Source: a bacterium
Lineage (GTDB): Bacteria; Hinthialibacterota; Hinthialibacteria; Hinthialibacterales; Hinthialibacteraceae
Assembly (NCBI GenBank): GCA_963663405.2
Contig: CAXXSM010000149.1
Coordinates: 32,001 to 96,000 of the forward strand
Direction of reading: 5' to 3'
DNA: 64,000 bases
The notes under the pieces were generated by a model. The model was given only the letters and a program-made list of their open reading frames with translations, searched no databases and was not told the origin of the DNA. Below are positions 19,104-29,131 of this stretch, one piece after another; position 1 is the first letter of the stretch; every line of letters begins with the position of its first letter. The position numbers were made by a program, and so were the translations under genes.

Positions 19104-19950
19104 CTAGTGTTCTCTATAAACCTGAAGCGGCGTCTTATATCCCAAGGCTTGGTGTAGACGCTCATTATTGTAGAACTGAAAATAATCCGTTAGTCCGCGC
19201 ACACAATCATTCACCGTTTCGTAACTTTTGATATAGACCTCCTCATATTTCACTGACCGCCATAACCGTTCGACGAAAATATTATCGAACACTCGGCCTC
19301 TTCCATCCATGCTGATGAGAGTCCTCTCTTTCTTCAAGCGACTCGTAAAATCCGTGCTTGTGAATTGAGAGCCTTGGTCACTGTTGAAGATCGTTGGCTT
19401 ATCAATTTCAAAAGCCATCTCCAACGCTTCGAGGCAAAAGTCAACCTCCATCGAAGTGGAGACTTTCCATGACACCACATAACGACTAAACCAGTCTAAG
19501 ATCGCCACCAGGTAAACAAATCCTTGGCGCATACGTATATAGGTGATATCGGTGCTCCACACGTGATTGGGTCTTTCGATTTTCACTCCCTTCAACAGGT
19601 ATGGATATTTCTTATGCTGAACATTTCCGAGGCTCAAACGAGGCTTCGGGTAGATCGTCTCCAAGCCCATCACTCGCATTAAACGACCGATTCGTTTCTT
19701 ATTCACAACCCGTCCTAGAGTTCTCAACCATTTCTGCATTTTCCGAATTCCGTAAAACGGTGTCCGGGTATATTGTTCATCAAGCAGGTTCATCAGCGCT
19801 ACATTTTCGGCTGATTCGCCCACGGGTTGATAATAAAATCCTGAACGAGACAACCCCAGCAATTCACATTGCCTCTTTATTGAAATCTCAGAATTAGTTA
19901 GTTCGATCCAACTTCGTCTTTTCTTAACTGAGCACGTTAGACTTTTTTTT
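19104..19950 (-). CDS. IS3 OrfB (DDE integrase core)
   Basis: WSTDITYI, FNSDQGSQF and DNIFVERLWRSVKYE. The frame is open upstream of 19862 to the A9 run (KRRSWIE...ISIKRQCELLGLSRS). Confidence 0.93.
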
Positions 19951-20223
19951 TACCCAATCAAGTTCGACTTTCATTTGCCCAATCTGGCGGTAAAGTTCCG
20001 ACGTCAGTTCTTCGGCTTCCGCTTGACTCTTTTCTTGCTTGCGTGAAAACAAGCCTGGGATTTCTTCCAACAGGCGCTTTTTCCACTGTCGAATCTGGCT
20101 CACATGAATTTTGTAATCGCTCGCTATCTGGGTTAAGGTCTTCTCTCCTTTGATTGCCTCCAGTGCCACTTTGCCTTTGAACGCTCCATCAAAATTTTTT
20201 CGCATTTTCATCATTTGGTTCAC
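19924..20223 (-). CDS. IS3 OrfA (HTH)
   Basis: FKGKVALEAIKGEKT...WKK...LYRQIGQMKVELDWVKKKS. Confidence 0.92.
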   Translation of the reverse strand: MNQMMKMRKNFDGAFKGKVALEAIKGEKTLTQIASDYKIHVSQIRQWKKRLLEEIPGLFSRKQEKSQAEAEELTSELYRQIGQMKVELDWVKKKSNVLS

Positions 20224-20444
20224 CTCTTCTACCTATTGTCGGCTTCGAGGTAACCTACCTTAGATGGCTGTCCGAATTTTGGGGTACAGTATATTACACC
20301 TAAATTTTCTTGATTTATATCTTGGCGCCTCAGTTTGCTGGTTCAGTAAACCATGTAATGAAATGATGCTTTTTTTATTTTTTTCGCATATTCCACTTGA
20401 AAATCAATACATCATTCTAGATAGTGTAACTCAAAACGCAGTCC

Positions 20445-20523
20445 ATGTGGAAGCATTGAACTGTTTTCCTTTAATTGGTCGCCAATAGGAAAACAGGGAG
20501 CGAGTGGCGAATCCCCTCCAATA
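20445..20523 (+). ncRNA. c-di-GMP-II-like riboswitch aptamer (variant)
   Basis: GGAAGCATTGAA-[CTGTTTTCCT]-TTAATTGGTCGCCAAT-[AGGAAAACAG]-GGAGCGAGTGGCGAATCC: perfect 10-bp stem, kink-turn-like TGA/GA flanks and a TCGCCA/TGGCGA pseudoknot, about 30 nt before the start codon. Compared with the consensus from memory. Confidence 0.7.
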
Positions 20524-20551
20524 ATCTATTCTTTTTTAGGAGAATTTATCT

Positions 20552-23464
20552 ATGTCAATTTCAGTTGGAACACTCCATCAATTCTATTCACGAACGATTT
20601 TTATTGTTGTCTCGCTGGCTCTTTTAAGCGCATTTATAGCCAACAACTCCATCGCGCAGAACATCAACGATTCCGCCCATTTCCCGGATCCGAATTTCCT
20701 AGCCGCTGTTGAGAGTTTCATGGGAGGAGATTTCACCGAGGCCCAAGCGGCGGCGAAGACAGGTGATTTTGGCTGCTCAAATCTATCTATCGGTGATTTG
20801 ACCGGAATAGAATATTTCACCGGTATAGGGGGACTCAACTGCGAGAAAAATCAATTAACCAGCCTGGATATCTCCAATAATACTGCTTTGAATTTTCTCA
20901 GATGCGGTGAAAATCAATTAACTAGCCTGGATGTCTCCCTCAACACCGCTTTGGATTATCTCTGGTGCAATAACAATCAATTAACCAGCCTGGATGTCTC
21001 CTACAACACCGCTTTAACTGAGTTCAGATTTTTTGGCAATGAATTAACCAGCCTGGATATCTCCAATAACACCGCTTTGACTACATTCAGCTGCGGTGAT
21101 AATCAATTAACCAGCCTGGATGTCTCCAACAACACCGCTTTGGCTATACTCTATTGCTATGAAAATCAATTAACCAGCCTGGATGTCTCCAACAACACCG
21201 CTTTGGCTATACTCTATTGCTATGAAAATCAATTAACCAGCCTGGATGTCTCCAACAACACCGCTTTGTCTGTGATCTACTGCTGGAATAATCAATTAAC
21301 CAGCCTGGATGTCTCCCACAACACCGCTTTGATTGAACTCGTGTGCTTTGCCAATCAATTAACCAGCCTGGATATCTCCCACAACACCGCTTTGACTACA
21401 TTCAGCTGCGATAATAATCAATTAACCAGCCTGGATGTCTCCCACAACACCGCTTTGACTATATTCAGCTGCGGTGATAATCAATTAACCAGCCTGGATT
21501 TCTCCAACAACACCGCTTTAGAAGAGTTCTACTGTAATTACAATCAATTAACCAGCCTGGATTTCTCCAACAACACCGCTTTGTATCATCTCCAATGCTA
21601 TGGGAATCAATTAACCAGTCTGGATGTCTCCAACAACACCGCTTTGGCTATACTCTATTGCTATGAAAATCAATTAACCAGCCTGGATGTCTCCAACAAC
21701 ACCGCTTTGTGGCATCTCCACTGCTATGAAAATCAATTAACCAGCCTGGATGTCTCCTACAACACGGCTTTAGAATGGCTCCGCTGCGATAACAATCAAT
21801 TGACAAACATTTCAAGTCTAGTCGTTAACACTGGTCTCGTATCAGGAGATAACGTAAATGTAAGTTACAACAATCTATCCTGCGATGATTGGGCTGATAT
21901 TCAGACATTGATAAGCCGTATTGGCGCTGGTTTTGTCTATTCTCCTCAAAATGGTTTTGATCCATTCTATTGCACCGTCAACATCAATACATCCGCCTAT
22001 TTCCCGGACGCGAATTTCCTCGACGCTGTTAGGAATTTCATGGGCCTCTCCTACCCAGAAGAACCTTTCACCGGCATCGATGCGGAGGCGAAGACGGGTA
22101 CTTTCGACTGCTCCGGTCTAAGTATCAGTGATATGACCGGAATAGAATATTTTACCGGCATAGAAAGACTCGATTGCTGGAACAATCAATTAACCAGCCT
22201 GGACGTCTCCAACAACACCGCTTTGACTGAACTCAATTGCGGTGTTAATCAATTAACCAGCCTGGATGTCTCCAGCAACACCGCTTTGGTTATCTTTTGG
22301 TGCAGTAATAATGAATTAACCAGCCTGGATGTCTCCAATAACACCGCTTTGACAAGACTCGACTGCGGTGTCAATAAATTGACCAGCCTGGATGTCTCCA
22401 GCAACACCGCTTTGACAAGCCTCCTTTGCGGTGTTAATCAATTAACCAGTCTGGATGTCTCTAACAACTCCGCTTTGAATCTCCTTTGGTGCGGTGGTAA
22501 TGAATTAACCAGCCTGGATGTCTCCAACAGCGCCGGTTTGACTGAGTTAAGATGTGATGACAATGAATTAACCAGCCTGGATGTCTCCAACAACACCGCT
22601 TTGACTATCCTCTATTGCGGCGCCAATCAATTAACCAGCCTGGATGTCTCCAACAACACCGCTTTGACTGGTCTCTATTGCGGTTGGTGTCAATTAACGG
22701 ACATTTCAAGTCTAGTCACCAACCTAGGTTTTGGAGCGGGAGATGACGTAGATGTAAGGTGGAACAATCTATCCTGCGATGATTGGGCGGCTATTCTTGT
22801 ACTGCAAAACCGGGGTGTTATTTTAGATTATTCCCCTCAGAATGGTATGAATCCATTTTATTGCGCGTCGATTGACACAAGTTACCTCGTCAATGGCAAT
22901 GGATTTGGCGGTCGATATTGGCCGGGGAGAATAAACGGCAGTTATTTTGACGCGCGGTTTATTCCAGCGACGGCTTTGGGCGGTGAAGAAACATATCCCG
23001 CGTGGTGCGCGGATATGCTTACCAAAATTCAACTGGGCGCGTGGTATAACAATGTTGGGATTTACACTTCTGAGACAGACGTCTGTTCCCTGGTTGGCAA
23101 TCCAGAGAATTTTAAATTTGTGAATTACTTGTTAGTCAATTATCGTTATGGCCTTTATGTAGGCGTTGACCAAAACGTAATCCAAGCGGTGGTCTGGAAA
23201 CTCTTATTCAATGGAAAAGCGCCAAAAATCGGGGGGAATGGGATCAGCAGTGGAGGATTCATTTCATGGGATGATTCGCTAGCCACATCTATTTATAATA
23301 CCGTGAGGACGACCCCGTCTTCCGATTTTCCCGATTATGAAAACAATTCATTTCTCCCCATCGCAATCATCATCGATACAGGTGATCAAGTGAATTTGCT
23401 GGAAATTCCGTATTGGATGTATCTTGAATTCATGGACTTGGGAATTGTTGGGGATTGTTCATGA
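20552..23464 (+). CDS. Secreted LRR protein (21-aa IRREKO-type repeats in two capped modules) with a putative C-terminal thioester domain
   Basis: AGGAG RBS and signal peptide. FPDxNF N-caps; 15 + 8 repeats of xxLxCxxNQLTSLDVSNNTAL; NNLSCDDW...PFYC C-caps; C-terminal AWCAD, IQAVVW and GDQVNLL. Confidence 0.9.
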   Translation: MSISVGTLHQFYSRTIFIVVSLALLSAFIANNSIAQNINDSAHFPDPNFLAAVESFMGGDFTEAQAAAKTGDFGCSNLSIGDLTGIEYFTGIGGLNCEKNQLTSLDISNNTALNFLRCGENQLTSLDVSLNTALDYLWCNNNQLTSLDVSYNTALTEFRFFGNELTSLDISNNTALTTFSCGDNQLTSLDVSNNTALAILYCYENQLTSLDVSNNTALAILYCYENQLTSLDVSNNTALSVIYCWNNQLTSLDVSHNTALIELVCFANQLTSLDISHNTALTTFSCDNNQLTSLDVSHNTALTIFSCGDNQLTSLDFSNNTALEEFYCNYNQLTSLDFSNNTALYHLQCYGNQLTSLDVSNNTALAILYCYENQLTSLDVSNNTALWHLHCYENQLTSLDVSYNTALEWLRCDNNQLTNISSLVVNTGLVSGDNVNVSYNNLSCDDWADIQTLISRIGAGFVYSPQNGFDPFYCTVNINTSAYFPDANFLDAVRNFMGLSYPEEPFTGIDAEAKTGTFDCSGLSISDMTGIEYFTGIERLDCWNNQLTSLDVSNNTALTELNCGVNQLTSLDVSSNTALVIFWCSNNELTSLDVSNNTALTRLDCGVNKLTSLDVSSNTALTSLLCGVNQLTSLDVSNNSALNLLWCGGNELTSLDVSNSAGLTELRCDDNELTSLDVSNNTALTILYCGANQLTSLDVSNNTALTGLYCGWCQLTDISSLVTNLGFGAGDDVDVRWNNLSCDDWAAILVLQNRGVILDYSPQNGMNPFYCASIDTSYLVNGNGFGGRYWPGRINGSYFDARFIPATALGGEETYPAWCADMLTKIQLGAWYNNVGIYTSETDVCSLVGNPENFKFVNYLLVNYRYGLYVGVDQNVIQAVVWKLLFNGKAPKIGGNGISSGGFISWDDSLATSIYNTVRTTPSSDFPDYENNSFLPIAIIIDTGDQVNLLEIPYWMYLEFMDLGIVGDCS
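20849..21793 (+). repeat. 15 x 63-bp coding tandem repeat (42 bp constant + 21 bp variable)
   Basis: Constant part AATCAATTAACCAGCCTGGATGTCTCCAACAACACCGCTTTG recurs at an exact 63-bp period. Confidence 0.97.
22184..22687 (+). repeat. 8 x 63-bp coding tandem repeat (second LRR block)
   Basis: Same constant unit and period as the first block. Confidence 0.96.
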
Positions 23465-23749
23465 TCCCTTTAATTCGATTTACAAAAATCTTAATCCTGC
23501 GCGAATTTAACCCTACTCGCAATCACAGAGTGGGGAAATAGAATCATTCCCCCCTTGTTTTCTATGCGCCTGGCATTACGACCTTCCCCCGATAACTATC
23601 AGAGGAATTGCCGATCTTCGAAGAATGGATATAATTCTCGTTTGGCAATCACCGGCCTCAATAGAGCCCGCCAGACTCATTATTCATACAATCATCACTT
23701 AATTTCCCCGTTTGAATGCGGGGATTTTTCATGAGGAAAAACAAACAGC

Positions 23750-25561
23750 ATGAAAACTCGCAAGCGGAATTCGAATCTGCGGAATATCGCCATCATCGCT
23801 CACGTCGATCATGGAAAAACAACATTGGTGGATGCGATGTTCAAACAAAGCGGTGTGTTCCGAGACAATCAGACTGTTAATGATCGCGTGATGGACAATA
23901 TGGATCTGGAACGCGAGCGGGGGATAACGATCTCCGCTAAAAATTGTTCCGTTTTTTGGAAAGGAGTGAAAATCAACATTCTTGACACTCCCGGTCACGC
24001 TGATTTCGGCGGGGAGGTGGAACGGGCGTTGATGATGGTCGATGGAGCGATTCTTCTCGTTGACGCTTCTGAAGGCCCCTTGCCTCAAACCCGCTTTGTG
24101 TTGCAGAAAGCGTTGAATCTGAATTTAAAAATAATTGTTGTCATTAATAAAATCGATCGTAAAGACGCCCGGCCGGCAGAAGTGTTGAATGAAATCTATG
24201 ATCTTTTCATCGATTTAGACGCCACCGATGAGCAGATTGAATTTCCCGTGTTTTACGCGATTGGGAAAGAGGGAACCGCGCAACGGTCTTTGGAAGAGGA
24301 TGGCCAGAATCTTCAGCCATTATTCGATGCCATTCTCGAAGAAATTCCTGCGCCGACCTATGAGCCATCCGAGCCGTTCCAGATGCTGGTCTCGGATTTG
24401 GATTATTCTGATTTCCTAGGCAGACTGGCCATTGGCCGGATCGCGCATGGCCGCGCCAGACGCAGCCAGGAATTGGTCTGCCTGGGGGAAAGTGGGATTC
24501 CACACCCGTTGCGTATTTCTAAATTGGAAGTGTACGAAGGCATTAAAATGAAAGAGGTGGATTCGGTCGAACCGGGTGATATCACAATACTGGCTGGAAT
24601 CGAAAATGTTCATATCGGCGATACCATCGCCGCGAAAGATACTCCCAAAGCCTTAAAACGAATTACAGTGGATGAACCGACCGTCTCCATGAAATTCGCG
24701 ATTAACACATCTCCTTTTGCCGGTAAAGAAGGCCGATACGTTCAATCCACTAAACTGCGCGAACGGTTGTTGAAAGAGACGCTCAGTAATGTTGCGCTGC
24801 AAGTGGAAGAGACGGATGACGCCAATATATTTCTGGTGAAAGGACGCGGCGAATTCCAAATGGTCATTCTGATCGAAACGCTTCGGCGGGAAGGATACGA
24901 GCTGAGCGCCGGGCGCCCGCATGTGATCTATAAACAGAATAATGGACAGATCCAAGAACCGATCGAGCATCTTTTTGTGGATTGTGACGAGATTTTCATC
25001 GGTATTGTTACAGAGAAACTTGCGGGACGGAAAGGACGTATGGTCAATCTGGTCAATCACGGATCGGGCCGGGCGCGTCTGGAATTTTCCATACCCTCGC
25101 GGGGACTGATCGGGTACCGGAATGAATTCTTAACCGACACGAAGGGGACGGGGATATTAAATTCCTATCTGGAGGGCTATGAAGACTACCGGGGCGATTT
25201 TCGTACCCGGTTGACAGGATCATTGGTAGCCGACCGGCAAGGGTTGGCGGTCGCTTATGCGCTTTATAATCTTGAGCCGCGGGGAACGCTTTTTATCACA
25301 CCGAATACGCCTGTATACGAAGGTATGATCGCTGGAGAACACAACCGGGATAATGATTTAAACGTCAATCCATGTAAAGAAAAGAAACTGACCAACATGC
25401 GGGCCGCTGGGAAAGACGACGCGGTTACACTTACACCAGTTACGCCAATGACCTTGGAAAAGGCGATTGAATTTATTAGAGAAGATGAGATGGTGGAAGT
25501 CACCCCGCGATCCATCCGCCTGCGGAAAACCATTCTTCCAGCGAATCAACGCAAAGGGTAA
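23750..25561 (+). CDS. typA: Translational GTPase TypA/BipA
   Basis: [62 protein letters not shown]. Confidence 0.98.
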   Translation: MKTRKRNSNLRNIAIIAHVDHGKTTLVDAMFKQSGVFRDNQTVNDRVMDNMDLERERGITISAKNCSVFWKGVKINILDTPGHADFGGEVERALMMVDGAILLVDASEGPLPQTRFVLQKALNLNLKIIVVINKIDRKDARPAEVLNEIYDLFIDLDATDEQIEFPVFYAIGKEGTAQRSLEEDGQNLQPLFDAILEEIPAPTYEPSEPFQMLVSDLDYSDFLGRLAIGRIAHGRARRSQELVCLGESGIPHPLRISKLEVYEGIKMKEVDSVEPGDITILAGIENVHIGDTIAAKDTPKALKRITVDEPTVSMKFAINTSPFAGKEGRYVQSTKLRERLLKETLSNVALQVEETDDANIFLVKGRGEFQMVILIETLRREGYELSAGRPHVIYKQNNGQIQEPIEHLFVDCDEIFIGIVTEKLAGRKGRMVNLVNHGSGRARLEFSIPSRGLIGYRNEFLTDTKGTGILNSYLEGYEDYRGDFRTRLTGSLVADRQGLAVAYALYNLEPRGTLFITPNTPVYEGMIAGEHNRDNDLNVNPCKEKKLTNMRAAGKDDAVTLTPVTPMTLEKAIEFIREDEMVEVTPRSIRLRKTILPANQRKG

Positions 25562-25563
25562 TT

Positions 25564-27237
25564 CTATTGATCCAGGATTTTCTTCTCATCGGGGAGGCGG
25601 GGGCCTGCGTGCCCGTCGGGAATCTGGGAAAGTGAAATCGAATTTAAATTCGAGGATGCGCCGATCTCAAAGCAATAGGCCCACCAATTCAGAGCCGCGT
25701 TCATAACTTGATCACAATCATAATAACGATTGCGTCCAAACATCGTTCCATCACTATAGATGTCGTATGCCCAAGAGTTTGGATCGTATGTGATAAAATA
25801 CTCTCCATCTTCCGACCAGCCTTTTACAATTAAAAAGTGTCCGCTGTCGTAATTATAAAAGCGGTCGAAATAAGGTTGGCGGCTGTAGTCGATCCATCTC
25901 ATCTCCATGCAAAGCAATACAATGTTTCCTCGTTCAAGAATTTGATCGATATCCGTCCGGGACGAGACAGAATGGATTACGAAGGGAGTATTATATTTTT
26001 TTAAAGCTTTTTGGATATCGGATGTATACCACCAGCCGTTGTTACGGCGGTTGACATCCCGGATCGTATCGACGGGGATATCTTGATTTGAATACCATTT
26101 GATGGCCATATGAGTCGATGTTGGCCCGCAGTTGTTGTCCGACGCTGGGCCTGTGCCCATTTGGGTTTGGTACCACTCATAAGGCCGGGAATTATGTTCT
26201 GAAGCGACCGGATTGACCGTAAGCAGCATCTCTCCGAAAACATCGCCGAATTGCGCGAAAATCCATGAATTTCCACTATTCAATCCACAGACGGTTCCAG
26301 AACCGTCAACCGTGGCGGTCTGGTTGTTACCGGAACTCCATACATAATTGAGATCTTGAATGGTGTTTTCTGAAGGATCGTACGCTACGCCTGTTAAGAC
26401 CGCTCTTTCATCGATGTCTACTTCCAGCCGTGAGGGATCGATCTCGATTTGCTCGATGAGTAAGGGGCTGGGTGTGTTTGTGGGTATTTCCGTAGGAACA
26501 GGTGTGGATGTTTGCGTAGGTTCTGGGGTGGGTGTTGTTGTGGGTATCTCCGTAGGAACAAGTGTGGATGTTGGTGTTGGCTCTGGAGTGGATGTTGGAT
26601 TTTCCTCCAGTGGAGTGAGGCTCACAATCTCTGGATCGTCCACATCACCGTCGAGAAATTCTGTATGATAATACCGTTCCGGATCAAGCAGGTAATATTC
26701 GAAATTGTCAAGATAGACCGTTAATGGTTCTGTATCGCTCGTGTTGATAACTTGAATCAACGGTTGGAAACCGGTCGATGGAGGGATAAAAATATCCGCA
26801 AGGCGCCGGTATTGATTTTCAAAATACGCTTCTCGCGCAGGGGTGAGAGTCGATACGAAACTATTTTCCCCTGCGTCAATTGTCGCGAGGGTGATCGATG
26901 CGTGCGGCGCGTCCGCCCGGACAGAGCAGCGGATCAAGGCCATATTCTCCGTCGTTACAACGGGGCCGAATATCATGACGCCTTCGCCGGGATCGGCCTC
27001 AATGATTAATCCCCATCCATCTGTCGCGCCTTGAAATGTGTTATACTTTGGAAGGACTCCAAGAGAAATTGCTGGTTCCGGGTAGGCGCCAAATCCGGCG
27101 CCCATAAAAGAGACGCCTATTTCGTCCAATGAATCGCCGGAAAAATCAAATTGGACGTGTTCTTCTCCCATGCTTAACGGTACATAGAACAAAGAAATCA
27201 ATACGGCAAGTATGAATCGAACAGCGTCTTTCATCAA
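25564..27237 (-). CDS. Secreted protein: shared N-terminal domain, Pro/Thr linker, Big_2 Ig-like domain, C39-like cysteine peptidase
   Basis: Signal peptide; PTPEPT linker; WSSGN..TATVD.SG.V.G; catalytic-type NCGPTS...GHF.IVKG...YDP. Confidence 0.8.
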   Translation of the reverse strand: MMKDAVRFILAVLISLFYVPLSMGEEHVQFDFSGDSLDEIGVSFMGAGFGAYPEPAISLGVLPKYNTFQGATDGWGLIIEADPGEGVMIFGPVVTTENMALIRCSVRADAPHASITLATIDAGENSFVSTLTPAREAYFENQYRRLADIFIPPSTGFQPLIQVINTSDTEPLTVYLDNFEYYLLDPERYYHTEFLDGDVDDPEIVSLTPLEENPTSTPEPTPTSTLVPTEIPTTTPTPEPTQTSTPVPTEIPTNTPSPLLIEQIEIDPSRLEVDIDERAVLTGVAYDPSENTIQDLNYVWSSGNNQTATVDGSGTVCGLNSGNSWIFAQFGDVFGEMLLTVNPVASEHNSRPYEWYQTQMGTGPASDNNCGPTSTHMAIKWYSNQDIPVDTIRDVNRRNNGWWYTSDIQKALKKYNTPFVIHSVSSRTDIDQILERGNIVLLCMEMRWIDYSRQPYFDRFYNYDSGHFLIVKGWSEDGEYFITYDPNSWAYDIYSDGTMFGRNRYYDCDQVMNAALNWWAYCFEIGASSNLNSISLSQIPDGHAGPRLPDEKKILDQ

Positions 27238-27524
27238 TCGTACCTCCGATAGTCTCTGGAATTTAATATTATATACGAAGAAATTTGGATGGATGTGATT
27301 TCCTTTATTTTTTTCGTTGGATGTAAAGAGAATACAGATTATGTGGAGAATGAGAAGAATTCATTTAAATTGGAAGAATAATACCTTTTTCTTGCCTTCA
27401 TACGTTATAGGAATAGAATCTATTGAATTTATGGTTGGCAAACGAGTAGAAAAACACTATACTCCCTATCATATGCTATGCGCTCTATAGGGGAGCGGGG
27501 ATTTATGGACGAGGAATACACTTC

Positions 27525-27764
27525 ATGAAAAACCTGGTTTTATTCTGTTGCCTGGTTCTACTCTGTACGTCTTGTACGCATATGTCGTTACCCGTCGGGC
27601 AGTTGCTTCCGTTTTTATTGGTTGAAAATAACAGTGATTCTTGTGATCTCCCGCGATACAATCCGGCTGTTTCTTATGGAACGTTATGCGCCGCCCTTCC
27701 TACGGACAAAGTGGATGTCGCAATGGAGAATCTCTTTGGAGAGCAGGAGCGTTTGTCTCTTTAA
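27525..27764 (+). CDS. Small putative lipoprotein
   Basis: GAGGA RBS and MKNLVLFCCLVLLCTS|C lipobox-like signal. Short, with no recognisable family. Confidence 0.45.
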   Translation: MKNLVLFCCLVLLCTSCTHMSLPVGQLLPFLLVENNSDSCDLPRYNPAVSYGTLCAALPTDKVDVAMENLFGEQERLSL

Positions 27765-27843
27765 CCGTGTAATTCGATAAGGGGTATAGAGTTTTATGCT
27801 ATAAGTCTCATTACAATTTGCCGCTGATGCGAAATCCCTTGTT

Positions 27844-28903
27844 TTATAAACACGAATAGTGTTTCCCAGGAATCATGGCGTGTCCCCAGCCGAGTATTTC
27901 TTCATTCTTGAGATCGTCCCGCATTTTTAGAAAGCCCGCCTGCGCCAATCCTCCCGCTTGAAAATATACCGCGTCGATGTCGGAAGTGTATTTAGGGAAG
28001 TGACCGAAACCGCCATCTTCGTTCCGGCATGAGAGAATCCACTGCACGGCTTTTTTATAACAGGCGGCAATCCGTGGATCTTCTGGATTTCCCAATTGAC
28101 GAAGAATAAAGAGCGCGTCAAAAGCCGCATGCACATCCCAACTGGGAGGATGAATTCCGGTCCAGGAGCCGTCTTTTTGTTGGAGTTCTAAGGTTCGTTC
28201 GATCATGGGTTTCGCCTTGGGTGTGGGAGCCCCGACGAGGCGGTAATAATGCGCGGCGTGGAACGTGGATGCGACATGATTACCCAGGTAGCCGTCTTCT
28301 TTCTGTTCTCGTTTTAAATACGCCCGCAGTTTTTCATCGAATTCTTTGGGCATGCGTTTTCCAATCGCCGTATAGAAATAGGGGAAGAAACTGGTCGTGT
28401 ACAATGGGAGATTCTCGAATTCTTTCGGTTCAAAGAAATATTCAACGACCGGCATAGGATCGTATTTTGGTTTTTCACCCAATACCCGGAGCGCGACAAG
28501 GCTTTGGGCGGTGTTGTACAGTTTGGCGAGGGGGGAATTCGGATCCATTTCCCCGGTTTTGTGATAGAAGGCGCCGTCGGGTTTCTGGCTCGAATAGAAA
28601 AATTCCTTTGTCGCTTCCGGATAGGGAAGCGGCCATCCAAAGGTTTCGCTCAGCAGCGTCACATACGTTGGCGCGGCGATCCCGGAAAGCTGTGTGTCAG
28701 AGTAACCTTTATAAGCTGGATCGATTCCCGGTTGAAAGGAACCGTCTTTAAGCGCCGTTTGTTGAAGAAAACGTCTGAATTCCTTTGAGAATCGTATCCG
28801 GCTTCGTTTCTGTATCAGCGTTAGAACGCGTGATTCCAAAGAGTCCCAATCCGGCGCACATAGCAGTCAGTTTGATGAAATTCCGTCGATTGTTTGTTAT
28901 CAT
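27844..28903 (-). CDS. Tat-exported prenyltransferase/squalene-oxidase-repeat protein (one frameshift near 28770)
   Basis: Repeats QKPDGAF, QKEDGYL, QQKDGSW and RNEDGGF. The ATG at 28903 gives MITNNRRNFIK (Tat) in another frame, which joins the main ORF if one base is removed at 28768-28771. Confidence 0.8.
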
Positions 28904-29131
28904 GATTCGAATCCCCCTAACAGCAGTATCTATCTTCTCTTTTTGAAAATATACGAAAAAAGGGAATAAATCCAGAGCGCATTCCGGATTAGATTGAAAT
29001 CGAATCTATCTATTATAGGATTCATCGAAAATAATCCTGTAAATAAATCCTCAAATTGCTGTTGAATCGGGAGATTCGGATGTATGTGAACCATGAAAAG
29101 TCTCTATTAATTTTATTTTCTCATTCTTTTT

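Larger units (their letters stand above)
18768..20293 (-). mobile_element. IS3-family insertion sequence, 1526 bp, 3-bp TSD (TTA)
   Basis: IRL TATACTGTACCCCAAAATTCGGACAG (minus strand from 20293) versus IRR TGAGGTGTACCCCATTGTCAAGACAG (from 18768). TTA at 18765-18767 and 20294-20296. Contains orfA and orfB. Confidence 0.92.

Noticed and set aside
20849-22687. CRISPR array (42-bp repeat + 21-bp spacer appearance)
   Set aside because: The exact 63-bp in-frame period lies inside a 970-aa ORF, the spacers keep the LxC pattern, and there are no cas genes. It is an LRR coding repeat.
20552-23464. Diversity-generating retroelement target
   Set aside because: No reverse transcriptase or separate template repeat in the window, and the variation is not visibly adenine-restricted. 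A remote DGR cannot be excluded.
26460-26610. Tandem DNA repeat as a separate element
   Set aside because: It encodes the Pro/Thr linker (PTPEPT..ST.VPTEIPT) of ORF 25564-27237.
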